From Toensbergia leucococca (taxonomy: Eukaryota), in contig JALDZS010000061.1 in the NCBI GenBank assembly GCA_022813965.1, positions 62,001-124,372 of the forward strand: a stretch of DNA of 62,372 nucleotides, written 5' to 3'. Below are positions 51,166 through 62,372 of the stretch, piece by piece (within the stretch, counting starts at the first letter, position 1; every line of letters starts with the position of its first letter). Position numbers and translations under genes: made by a program. Below the pieces are notes generated by a model. It was not told the origin of the DNA and ran no database searches. It saw only the letters and a list, made by a program, of their open reading frames with translations.

Positions 51166-53080
51166 TTATATCCTCCCCTTCCCCTCCACAAGTACAACCG
51201 GCCCGTCATACACCTTCCGGCCCTGCACGGCATACATGACCAAACTCAACAGCCCGATAGCCAAAAACAGCACCACGCTCCAATTAAACGAACTCGCATC
51301 AACCGGCAATGAATTCGGCCAAAAGGACCAGAAGAACGCGAAAGCAAGGTAGAGCAGACTGAAGACGTTGACGGGAACTCCCCAGCGCCCTAGACTCCAG
51401 CGAGCGAGGGGCAAGGATTTGGGATGGTGGAGGCGGCGCCAGAGCACACAGCTGATGGAGATGAGGTAGGTGAATAGGAGAGCGCCGACCTGGAGGGAAA
51501 TGATGGCGTTGAAGGCGACGTTGGAGCCGATGTTGATGAGGGCAAGCAGTACTGTAAAGCCGCAGGTGAGTAAGATGGCGTTGGAGGGGATTTGTTTGGT
51601 GGGGTGCACGCGGGCGATCCACTTGGAGAAGGGGAGGCCGTTGTCGCGGGCAAAGGCGAAAGTCTGGCGGGAGGTGGATGCGTTGAAGGAGACGTTGCTG
51701 ATGATTACGAGGATCAAGACGATGGCGGTCAACGCGTTGACGCCTGGGGTGGAGACGGCGCTTCGAAAGACGTAGATGAAGGGGTAGCCGGAGGGATCGG
51801 CGAGGGCGTCGCTGACAGACGTGATACTGAAGAGATAGGTGATATGGAGGACCAGGCCGAGGGAGCCGTTGAACATGTAGGACCAGAACATGGCGTTTGG
51901 AACGTGGATGCCGGCGTCGGCGACTTCTTCTGACATGTGCGCGGTTGCATCAGAGCCTCAGTGGAGAAAGAAGAAGTTAGTAAGACTATCAGAGACCAAA
52001 TAGTAGTGAGGACATACATGTGACGCCGAAGATGGCAGATATTTGACCGACCATGACACTGAGACCCATGGTCGACCAGCCACCTCCGTTGGTAAAATGG
52101 GTGAAGACCACTTTTGCCGAGTTTTTCGGGGCTAGAACCCAGAGAACGATGATGACAACGAGGAAGCTCAAGGTATGAACGACCAGCATTACGTTCTGAA
52201 CCAAGGGCAAGTCTTTCGCTCCCCAGATATTGAAAATATATATGACTACGACCATGGAGCATACGAACAAGGTGCCTTGCCAACCGGTAGGAACATAGTT
52301 GGGGTTATTGACTGTCAACAGACCTTGAATAATGGTGCCTGTGAGGAAGGATCCAGCTGCCGTCCCAGCTTGCCATGATAATGTTGACATCCACCCTGAT
52401 GTTCTTATTAGACTGAAGCTCTTTGGTTCGGAAGTCCTTTAGGGCTCACACCTGTCACGTAGCTGAGAATTTTCTGATAACGAGGCGGAGCAAATTCAGA
52501 CACCCAATGGTATTGGCCTCCAGATGTGGGCGACCTGTATGAAGAGTGTGAGAGCCGGGGGAGCTTCAGGGAATGAATTCCACTGACATGGATGCCATTT
52601 CTGCCAACGACAGCGTGATGATACTGAATCCGAAAAAGGTCCATAGATATGACCAAAACAAGCCGGCCAACCCGCCGTCAATAAGACCTTGGGTGTTTGC
52701 GCTGGGAAGAGGTTAGTTGGGGCCCACTTCTCTGCGTCATCAGGCTTGGTAACGACATACATCAGAAGAAACTCCCAGGTAGCCTGCAATATGATGGTGA
52801 AGCTGAAGGCGGAAATGCCACCAAAATTCCTCTGATGGATTTTCAGCACTCTCTCACACAAGACTATCGGTCGACGCACCATGAGTTGTTGCCGCTTGCC
52901 CAAGCGCCGCATATCTTTCTTGTCGTTTTTAGTGTGGCCGCGAATGCGCGGGACGGCATCGTTGACATGATCTTCGTCAATAACATCGAGATCATGTCGA
53001 CTTGAGAGGTCCCCGGCCGAATCACCCAATTGTGGCTTCTCAGACGTCTCAGGGGAGACAACATGGGACAAAGAAGACAT
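51166..53080 (-). CDS. APC-superfamily amino acid/GABA/choline permease
   Basis: DMRRLGKRQQL, LAEMASM/SPTSGGQYHWVSEFAP, AHMSEE, SRQTFAFARDNGLPFS; many hydrophobic helices; five introns. Confidence 0.92.
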
Positions 53081-54120
53081 GGTTTGGTCTAGCATAGCAT
53101 AGAGTACAATAACAAGAGAAAGAAAAAGGAAGAAAGGAAAACTCCCGGATGTATGGAAAGTTGCGATATATAGTGGCATATACAAGGGTGAAGATGGCGG
53201 CTTAGAACGGGCAATCTAGACTCTTGGGTTTCTTTTGCCAATTGCCATGGGTAAATCTGGCGGTAGGCATGCAGTCTGCGGAGATGGTGCTCTTCTTGCA
53301 TATTCATGCAAATCGAAGCTAAGTTGATGCAGGTCATTGGAGCCAAGCAGCGGAGGACCGAAGCCTATCAGGACGTTGCATACATTTATCAGTGATTGAA
53401 GAAAGCCGAGGTGTCCGACATAGATGTTGGCGCTATTCTCACGGTGCAAATGAAAGATGAAATTTGAAACACTCATAATGTGTTTTTTGCAAGTGGTTTG
53501 TCTAGTCTCGTAAATATATGTCATGAATGATATAAATCTGGATGCATGTGCAGGTGTAGTTGTGTCGTTGTGTCCTAGCCAAATCGATTTAATCTAGCCG
53601 CAAGTAAAAGCCACATCCGAGCAAGATAAATAAGCTTAGAATACACAATCTCAGAGCCGCCACTCCCGCGAATAGAAGCCTCGCCAAGTGATGAACTGAT
53701 AAGTCGATTACCTAAAATATTTGGTACGAGTGACCACAATTTTAGTCTAGGTCAACATAGATCAATTCTAGCCGAGTAAGCTTTCTGGCGATTGGATGCA
53801 TGGCCAGAATGGGGAGAGGAACGATAGGAACGACATGAGTGGCGTGCAAATTGAGCAGTACGCTTAATGAACCTGTCTTGCATTTTCTCTGAATATCAAA
53901 ATAAAAAGAATCTGGGTATCGCAAGTGCGTGCTGTCCGCCGAACATGAAAAGAAAAAGAATTGAAAATGGAGGAATCCGCCTGATCCCACACATTCGACC
54001 GTAGCATCAATTCTCTCACCACTCGAGCATCCATCAGATGTGGAATCCCCTATACCTAGCATAAAGCTTTGGGTATCGCTGACACAAGCAAAATCTCTCC
54101 CACATTCATTCACTTAAATC

Positions 54121-56154
54121 CTACTCCCCAAAGTCGCCACCTCCATTGGCCGCCTCCTCGCCCTCGCACTCCTCCTCCGTGATCCCCATATCCTCCCCCT
54201 CATCATCAGCTGCATTTCCGTCCTCCTTAAAACCCGCCTCAACGCCCGCCTCTTTCAACCTCTGAACCATCTCCTCCCTCTTCTTATCCTGCCAACGCTG
54301 CAACGCCGCCGCCGCATGCACCTTGAACCCAAAAACCTTGGGCTCGTATCGCTTGATTGATTTCTCCGGCACCAAGGCGGGGTACACTTGGAATAGGATG
54401 TTGGTAAAGGATGTGCCGAAGTAGGCGCCGTCGATAATGGAGTGACGCGACGATTTGGGGTTGTAAAGGTCTTCGCATTTGGCGCAGTAAAGTTTCACCG
54501 ATTGCGTGAGCGCGACGTCGGACATTCCGGTCGGGAGGAGTGGGTGGGCGCCGCAGTCTACGCGGGGGCATTTTCCGAAATCGCCTTTTTTATATTTCTC
54601 GAGCTGGGAAAAGAATCGGGTCAGTACGCGGTTGCATTATGGGATGATGAGAGTTGGTGCAGACTTAGTCGCATATTTTCAAGTTTTAGTCCGTGTTTAG
54701 AAAGGAGGCTCTTCGACAGAATGGAGTTCAGGGCGACTCACCATCTTTGCTAATCCTCTAGTGGTAGTGATATAGCGAGCATGAACCAAGCCATAGAGAT
54801 GACGGGCAGACTTCTCGATTTGTTCGCGAGTCTCCGCATCGCAATCTAGGTGGAACACGTCGGTCACAAGGTCAAGGGCATACTGGTAGTACTGAACGTC
54901 CGTGTTCAGGCCAGTGAGATTGAAGCGGTCTGTAAGGTACTCGACATCGATTTCGCAAAAGTATTCGTTGCCGCGGGACGAGATGAACTGGAAAATTGGT
55001 TAGCAGAGTCCGCAAATCATCCACACTGCGCGAATAATTGAGCATTGGAGAGAATATTGAGAAAACATAGATAGATGTTGGATGTGGCAGCAAACCTGGG
55101 AGTTGAACGGCCCCAGTATTGAGGGCGGGAAGATGTGCTCGGGAATGAAAGGCACAGAGGCCCCCCTTGAGTCCGAGGTGGACTCATGGGCCGCGGGCTC
55201 TCGGGGATTTCCCGTCAGGATTGCTACTACAGTGGCGTTGTCCATGGTGGATGATGGTGGATTAGATGAGTTGTTTCGTGAAACATAGATTTCGAATGTT
55301 TTGTTGTGAATATGTTCAGACAGGAGCTAGCGAGGGTGCATCGACGGGGGTGCCTCGCTGATGAACCCTCTTTCACGAATGACTCTTAGATATTCCTCCT
55401 CTTCATCTTCAAGATACTATATCCTTCAGAGTATCGTGGTGTACGTCATCTAGAACAGCCCAATTACATCTACCAAGAAGTGGAGACATGCCATCATGGA
55501 TTCAATGCGTAAGTGTTCTGAGAATCCTTTTTTCCCCTTTACAAAGCCGCCTATGGGCTCACTTTCATCTGGTGACAGTAACCGTGGTTATTGTTGTGAT
55601 CATCTCTGGTGTCTGATGTATCACTCAAACTCTTGAGCAGACCATTGTGATCTTTTTCTTGTTACATCTGAGAAAGTTCGGGTAGACTTTCTTGCATTAT
55701 ATATATGGGCGGTGTCTTTCTTTCATGTAGGCGCTGTGAGCAGTACAGGTCTCATGTTCTGTAAGACCGTCTTGTTGCTCTTGCTCATTGCTGATTGTGA
55801 GCCATCCGAACCAGGTATATTCGACGTTGTGGTAGATGCATCCATCCAAAAGAGGCCGGGAGCTTACTAGAATGTTCAAATCTCTAGGTCCATGGCTCCA
55901 GGAGTATGGACAGGAACGGGAAGTCCTGAAGCGACGTCCAGATAGAGCGAAGCAGAGAGGATCATCGGGTCCTTGCAATCTTTTATATATGGAAAGACGA
56001 GAAAACGCTGGCAGGTGATTCAAGACATGAGGATATTTGAGGGCAGAGGTATAGCGCAAAGGATGATGCAAAAATGAAAAGATAGAGCTCAACCTACCCA
56101 GTCTCTCCAGTAACTGGTGTAGTCACTATCCGTCTCACTATTGAAATCCTCCAT
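54121..56154 (-). CDS. CKB2: Casein kinase II regulatory subunit beta (CKB2-type)
   Basis: Exon1 56154-56098 MEDFNSETDSDYTSYWRDW, intron 56097-54988, exon2 54987-54742 FISSRGNEYFCEID..HLYGLVHARYI, exon3 54603-54121 with zinc ribbon CPRVDC..CAKC and IDGAYFG. Confidence 0.95.
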
Positions 56155-56695
56155 GATGCAGCTGGAGCTCTGGCGACAAGCAGTTCACAGGCATCGACTT
56201 CCACTCAGGACTTCTACACTATACGGATACTTGCTGTGGAGATTGGAGAGGTGAAAGAAGGGATTGTATCTGTCAGGTGAGGTGTTGAATGTTGAAATGT
56301 CGCAAGGCTGACATTCAAGCTATCCCTCGATCCGGAACGGCAGCTAGGCGTTTCTATTCGCCGCTTTGCCGACTCGCCGAACCAGTCGGACAGATTTCAA
56401 TCATCATCCGTCTTCTGTCATTCTCGTGCGGCATGTCACCATCTCCATTGGCTGCGTCTATGACTGAAACAGACCACGTCGGTGCAATCCAATCCTGACC
56501 AAGCTAACCAGCATGACAACAATCTCATAGCCTCACCGTTCCACAGCCTCCTTTGCCCTTTTTGCTCTCCCCATTTTGCATCGTTGCTGTTTTCACTCAC
56601 TAACCCTCACTCCTTCATGGACTAAAACCGCCTATTCCGATGGCTATTGAGCAAAAACCCTAATCCAGAACCCTCCACTTTCAGTACTCTCAGCC

Positions 56696-57060
56696 ATGCG
56701 TTTCCTTATTCTATTCCTTATATCCGCATTCACAAATCTCATTTTCGCCCTTCCTCGCTCACTGTCACCGAAAGAGAAGCTGGAAATGCTCCAAAGCATC
56801 CTCCAGAATCAGCCCATGCACACGACCGCCCTATGGGCCGGCGCTGCAGCCACGTCGACTCCGAACATTCATACAGTGCCAATCATAGTGAGCGAAGACT
56901 ACGGAGATCCGTGGGCATTAGGTCGGGGAAGGGTCGTTGCAGGGTACGACGCATCTTCATTGGCTGAAGTTGATGTCGCACAAAACTGACTCCTCTACAT
57001 AGAAAGCAGGAGGAGTGGAAACAAGATCGAATCATGATTACAGGCATCCAAGAATTATGA
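56696..57060 (+). CDS. Small secreted/ER protein of unknown function (~101 aa)
   Basis: Signal peptide MRFLILFLISAFTNLIFALP; probable intron ~56944-57002 (GTACGA..CTGAC..TAG) gives C-terminus KQEEWKQDRIMITGIQEL. Confidence 0.6.
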
Positions 57061-57314
57061 CACGGTGGATGATTGACGCTCTCTATGTACTTATATATTA
57101 TGGCAGACTATGATGATGACTCGTCAAATGGGAGGTCCTCGTTTACAATGCAGGACAAATCCTCCTAAGCAGCCGTTCCCTGCCGCCTTGATGAATTCTA
57201 TGATGCCTGTGCTTTTGGTCCCCAACTCCACGCTAGTTTCAAGATCTGACTGGTCGTCGCAAGAATAAGACTTACTTTTATGCTCGTGAACAGATTGATC
57301 ATGGTTTATTCACC

Positions 57315-60300
57315 TCATTCACTCCGTGGGGAGAAATAATCTTCAGACCCTTCCGTCCCTTCTTCTGATATTACGGAATTCCTTGGGCTTCGGCTGCTGT
57401 TGCTTGCACCGCTCGGTGAGCTGTCTATCACACTATTGACATTCTTCTGAGTGCCACTACCATTTGGTTGAGGCGTACGTAGCCATATATCCTCAGTGGA
57501 AGAGCTGCCATTCGGAACAAATTCAGGACCGGATCGAATATCGATTCTTCTCAACGCTTGTCGTAGAGTATCTCCAGATTGGTCTAGGGCCATTAGAAAC
57601 CGAGCAAGCTCTTTGCACAAGTCCCAATCATTTGCTTCCTTTGCTCTTTGTAAAAGTCGGACGCATTGCTCCGAGCTGGTTTCGAGTTCCTGAAAAGTGT
57701 GCAGAACTAGCAAATATCCACCAGCGGTCTTGAGGAGACCTTTCTGCAAAGATGCCTCAAAGAGTTCTTGTGGCGGCGGTAAGTAGGCGAATAGCGTTTG
57801 CCAGGACCGGACTTCGGTCTTTCGAGTACATTGAACAAGGATATCCAGGTAATCTGGAAACGAGGACAGAAAAGACAGAACCGAGGGCAGAAATGCGTCT
57901 TCTGAGGAAGGAGCTTTATCGACTTCATCGTCGAGAACTTGGTGAAGGAGTATTTCCAGAGCGTGGGAGAAATAAGGAAGTTCTTGATATCGGCGTGAGA
58001 GACGCAAGGCTGCCGGGGAATCAGACAGTGAGAGATGACGGCGAAGAATAGAGGGAAGAAAAAGCTGTGTCTAAGTATTATTAGCTAGTGTTCTTGATAT
58101 CTCAGAGCCGTCGAGTTCACCCTAACAGCAAAGCGAAAATACGCAAATTGGACGTCACGCCGCTGCACCAAATTCGGTTCCACCCCTAATATAAGACCTC
58201 GATCAAGGATTACGGAAGATGGATAGAAATCAGTGGTGATCCGTACGGGTGGCGATGAATCACTGCCCATTTCCATTGAAGCTGCCTCGAGAAGATCTTC
58301 AATATTCGCCCAGCACTGCATGTTGTTACCGTCATAGAACCATAATGAGTCCGTCAACCCTCGATCAGCATGGAAAGTATCATCATGACTATCAGGTGAA
58401 GGCGATTCGGGAAGAGACTGGTCAGGGCTGTTGAGGAGAGGCAGGTGATCCCGCATAAGGTCAAAGTATTCTACATTGTTGGCAATGACCCGCATGTCGT
58501 ATTTGAGACCTGCGTCTTCATGCGTAGAAGCCTGTAAAAGCACGAGCTTAGCATCTACCAGAAAGAGGACCGAGGCATGAGCAACGTCCTGAGAAGGGTC
58601 TCCATTGCCTATACTTGATCAGTAGTAGTACTCGGTAAAGAATTTGAATACCCACGTAGTTGGTGTTCAGGTAGAATCCAGCTTACCGCACGAACCCGTG
58701 CTGGCGCTCGTACAATACCATGAAGGGCGATCTGACCGACCTGAACAAGTGTCACAGCCGCGCTAGACACATTGACAACAAAGTGGTAAAGAATGTTCTC
58801 GTATGTGTATACAAGAAGCGAGTCCTGTCCACTCAGTGAGATCACCACAGTAGGTGCTGGAAGCCGCTCGGTGTAGACCATAGATGTGTCATCTAGGCCC
58901 AGTTCTCGTGAGTATAGACGCAACTGCAGAACTCGGTCAGCATGGGAGATATTGATGTAGAAGAAGGCTCGTACCTCATGATGCTCACTAGTTTCCACAG
59001 CTGCTACAAGGATGTGTTGGTACCAGCACATGCCGCCTCGAATGATGAAGGCATTCTCAGCGACCGGGTCATCAAACGTCTTCCACCGCCCACTGCTCAC
59101 GCTGTAGTGAGCGAGTCCACGCCGACCAGCAACAGCCACGTACCGCCCATCCGCTGATGTTACAGCACATCGGAGAGGCTGTTGGCTCGTCAAGTAAGTG
59201 GAAGGTATCTGCACTTGTTGCCACAATGAAGAGTCGGATGAGATGGATGTTAGGGTGGGCAAATCATAACCTCGATATACCATGAAGCCGGAGGTGGTCA
59301 ACAGAAGGGTACGAGACACATTAGCAGCATTGAGACAACCAGTCACTGCACTTCGAGCCATTTCAAGTACCCATATTCGATCATCGTCGTGACTTGTAAG
59401 CAAAATATTAGAACCCCCATTAAGCCAGCTTCCATCACTCACACCATTGAGCCAACCCTCTTCGTTAGCCTCGGAGATGACTCGATCGGACGTGAAGCTG
59501 CTACCCCCATGCTTCCCGTAAACACTCCAGACCACCCAGCCTCGTTTGTACCCAACAAACAGACAATACCCGTCAGGAGAATAGCTCAAAAACGTGATAG
59601 AACCGGTGGTAGACAGCGACTCTGGCGGCTGAAGCTTGTGTGAAAGAGGTATACTTCCTACATAATCCCGTGCTGTGTAAACGTGAACCTCGCCACTGGC
59701 ACATCCTACAGCCAGTAGAGAAAATCTGGCATTTATTGCAGCTCTTGTAGCGGTATCATCTCTTTCAGTCGGAGTATGGAAACCATATCCACGAAAAAGC
59801 CTATTCGTAGCATCAAGCTCTTTTGGCGATCCTGAGAGTCTCTGTATCGCATATGCACTGCCATCGCCCGTAATCCAAATAGCGAGGCTCAATGCCCTGT
59901 CGTAGATCATGTCTACCACACTTGTCTTCTTCGGCATCCACGGCATACGACTTAATAACTCTGTGCTCGTTTGCTTTCTCGTATTGTCCGGTGTCCATCG
60001 AATACATTGGACAGCCGCAGGCTTTTCTGTTGCTACCACAAGCTCATCATCGAGGGCTAATGCCTTCCCAATTCCAGCGTCTATTTTGATGACCATACGA
60101 AAACGCACATTGACCTCTGGAAAACCTGCCCGTTCCTCTTCAGCTATAGAACGTTCCGTAATACTTTGCCTGTGTGCGTGCTCATACACTCGATGTTGTT
60201 GATATACCCGGGAATTAGGATCCGTATTTATAGTGTATGTGACGAGAAAGCGCAGCATTGTCTGCACGACAACAATTGAGGAATCGGGTCGTAGAAGCAC

Positions 60301-60617
60301 AGCAACGTTTGGGCCATAATTGCTCAAAGATTGAGGAGACCGAATGACTGATGCGAGTACTACTATTGGCTATTCATCAGTCAGAATCAGCCGGTATGCG
60401 GATGGTCTTCACCTACAGATGTTTGCCAGATAGTCAAGGTGGTTGCAGAAATGGTAGCGAACAAGTGCCCACTGCGTGAGACTCGAAGACCCAGCAGGAT
60501 ATTAGCATCTTTTCCATTTGTCTCCTCCTCGTCATCTTCTCCTTCCGTGTATTCTTTCCGCTTCTTTCGAGAGCTCGAAGAAGAGTAAATTCGTGGCGCG
60601 CCTAATGGCCAGTACAT
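57315..60617 (-). CDS. RIC1: RIC1, Rab6/Ypt6 GEF subunit (WD40 + RIC1 domain)
   Basis: MYWPLGAPRIY start; DGRYVAVAGRRGLAHYS..WKTF; DFYP; YFSHALEILLHQVLDDE, CTRKTEVRSW, WDLCKELARFL; several introns. Confidence 0.93.
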
Positions 60618-61076
60618 GGCTTGCGTTGTAAATGGAATGGTTGAGGTCTACAAAGGTGATACATATTGCAGGCTATTTCGTTAGAATTCACCCTTGTTAC
60701 CCTGTGACCCTTGGATTATTCAAACACTCTCAACGCTCAGAAATTATCTCAATGTAGCCCTGGTAATCATCATTACGATCTTTAGCTGTGCGAGTTCATC
60801 TGGAATTCCTGAGTTAAAGAAGATGGCAAATTGAGGTTAAGGCTTGAGTGGAGCTGGAAAGACTATGCTTATCCGTAATATGCTTTGAATTTGCATTTGG
60901 TACTAACGCATCTGCAATCACATATATGTTTCTGCCTATTTCGGAGCTCTACTTTATCAAAAGTAGGCAGGATCCTGATCTCAAACGAAATCTCCATGAG
61001 ATGACACTCGTAGCGGAAATCGTGCCTTAATATCTTGGCCTGACAACAATGTCATCATCCACAATGTCTTGCCTCT

Positions 61077-61884
61077 TTACCGCCAACCCCCTACCCTTCC
61101 TTCATCCCACCTTTTTCGATTTTCTCTCCTTCTCCAAACGCCCTTCCTCCCCTCTCTGTACCTCCTCAAGAAGTCTCCTACCTCCCTATCACCCGCTTTA
61201 CCCTCTCCCTCCAAGAACGTTTCCTCTAATGCTCCACATACTTGTTCTGCTTCTGTAGATGCATGGACCAGGCGTGTATACAGCGCTTTTGGCGCCCAGG
61301 GCGCGAGAGCGTCGTCTAGTGTGGATTGCCGAGTGCGCCATTGGCGTTCAAGAGCATGGAGGTGAAGGAGGTGATTCTGGGTCTGAGAGCGAAGAGAGAG
61401 GAGAAGAGCATGCTGAGAGGAGAGGTTCGTGGCGGTATTGGAAAGATGGGCAAGATGGGTGGGAATGGGTGAGGGCAGGATAGATGGGTGTGTCGACTCA
61501 GGAGACTGCACAAGCGATTTCAAGAGGGCGGGAGACGAGGCGAGATGTTGGAGGTTGCTGGTCCTGAATGAGACGCATGATCAGCCTTGAACCAACGTTC
61601 GCGAGTAGATAGCCAAAGACATACGATTTATCTAAAAGGGTTGAAGGAAGCCATTGATCTTCAAGGGTAGGGGGGAGAGGTTGAGAAGGAGGAGGCTGGC
61701 TTCGTGAATCATAAGAGGACGACTCGTCAATTGGTGGAGGAGGCGGCAAAGGAGGGCCATTGTTTGCGGTAAATTGAGGTGTCGAATTGCTCGTATTTTG
61801 GGTTCGAGAAGGTTTGGGTGGGGGAGGTGGGGCAAGGCCAGGGCTAAAGGAGGTGGGGGTGTAGGTAGCTGTTGATAGGGACAT
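61077..61884 (-). CDS. VPS37: ESCRT-I subunit Vps37/Srn2 (Mod(r) domain)
   Basis: Pro-rich N-terminus, intron ~61623-61564, coiled coil, then LAPWAPKALYTRL..LEETFLEG..DFLRRYREGRK..RRE. Confidence 0.8.
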
Positions 61885-62332
61885 TAGGCAGCATAAGATG
61901 TTGTCGTATTAGAGTGTTGCGAGCAATGGAAAGACATGAAGGACAAGGTAGCTGGGTAGGTAAGCTCGTACCTTAGCTCCTTAGGTACCTCAAGCTCGGT
62001 GGTGAAACCCTACCGAGCCTTGCTGATATCTCTCAGCCTTACGCATTAGAATACAGGGTAGAATACGGAGTATTCTATAGCTCGCATACGGAGTAGATTA
62101 CTCTAATAAATGCAGCCCTACAGATAGATTTTGAGGGACCCTGTGAAAATCCTTGACACTCCTCTAGGACTCTCTCTCGGCCAATCAACACCCGAGCTTC
62201 ATCTGACTACGACATCTGACCAGAGTCAATGCTTGACTTTTCCATGTTCCTCGTCTTAATCGTGCCAAGGTTTTCTCGCTAGATCATTGCATTCAGGCTC
62301 GCCACGAAATTCGTTCCTCATTTAGTGCCCAT

Positions 62333-62366
62333 CAGCTCAACGTCGCATACAGCTCAACGTCGCATA
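62333..62366 (+). repeat. Perfect 17-bp tandem duplication
   Basis: CAGCTCAACGTCGCATA x2. Confidence 0.9.
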
Positions 62367-62372
62367 ATCTAT

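Noticed and set aside
55697..56092. 131-aa ORF in the CK2-beta intron
   Set aside because: Non-ATG start, out of frame with exon 1, no recognisable features.

Overview
Eukaryotic DNA from a filamentous ascomycete (Pezizomycotina; a lichen-forming lineage is only a guess from style). The window is gene-dense with spliceosomal introns. It holds about 21 genes: SEM1 (partial), IML2, NUP120, RAD51, a divergent hmgX/TTC36-hppD pair, PUF6, a tandem-GNAT acetyltransferase, an RGS-LOV blue-light receptor, gluconokinase, a frameshifted F-box/LRR gene, VPS26, TMA20, SGT2, an APC amino-acid permease, CK2-beta (1.1-kb first intron), a small secreted protein, RIC1, VPS37 and three hypothetical genes. Three AT-rich hypermutated repeat relics lie at about 20.7-22.5, 38.1-39.7 and 50.3-51.1 kb. 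The most unusual signals are: (1) a 28-nt unit (ACAACTCCACCTCTAAAAACTGAAATGA) present four times, co-oriented and in different circular permutations, at junctions in and around a shattered, partly inverted Ty3/Gypsy element (22.5-24.7 kb); (2) a recurrent strand-symmetric C-rich to G-rich switch near many gene 3' ends; (3) a RIP-like signature that depletes CpG and CC/GG but spares GCGC; (4) a probable alternative first exon inside the CK2-beta intron. All homology calls come from recognising motifs by eye, not from database searches.
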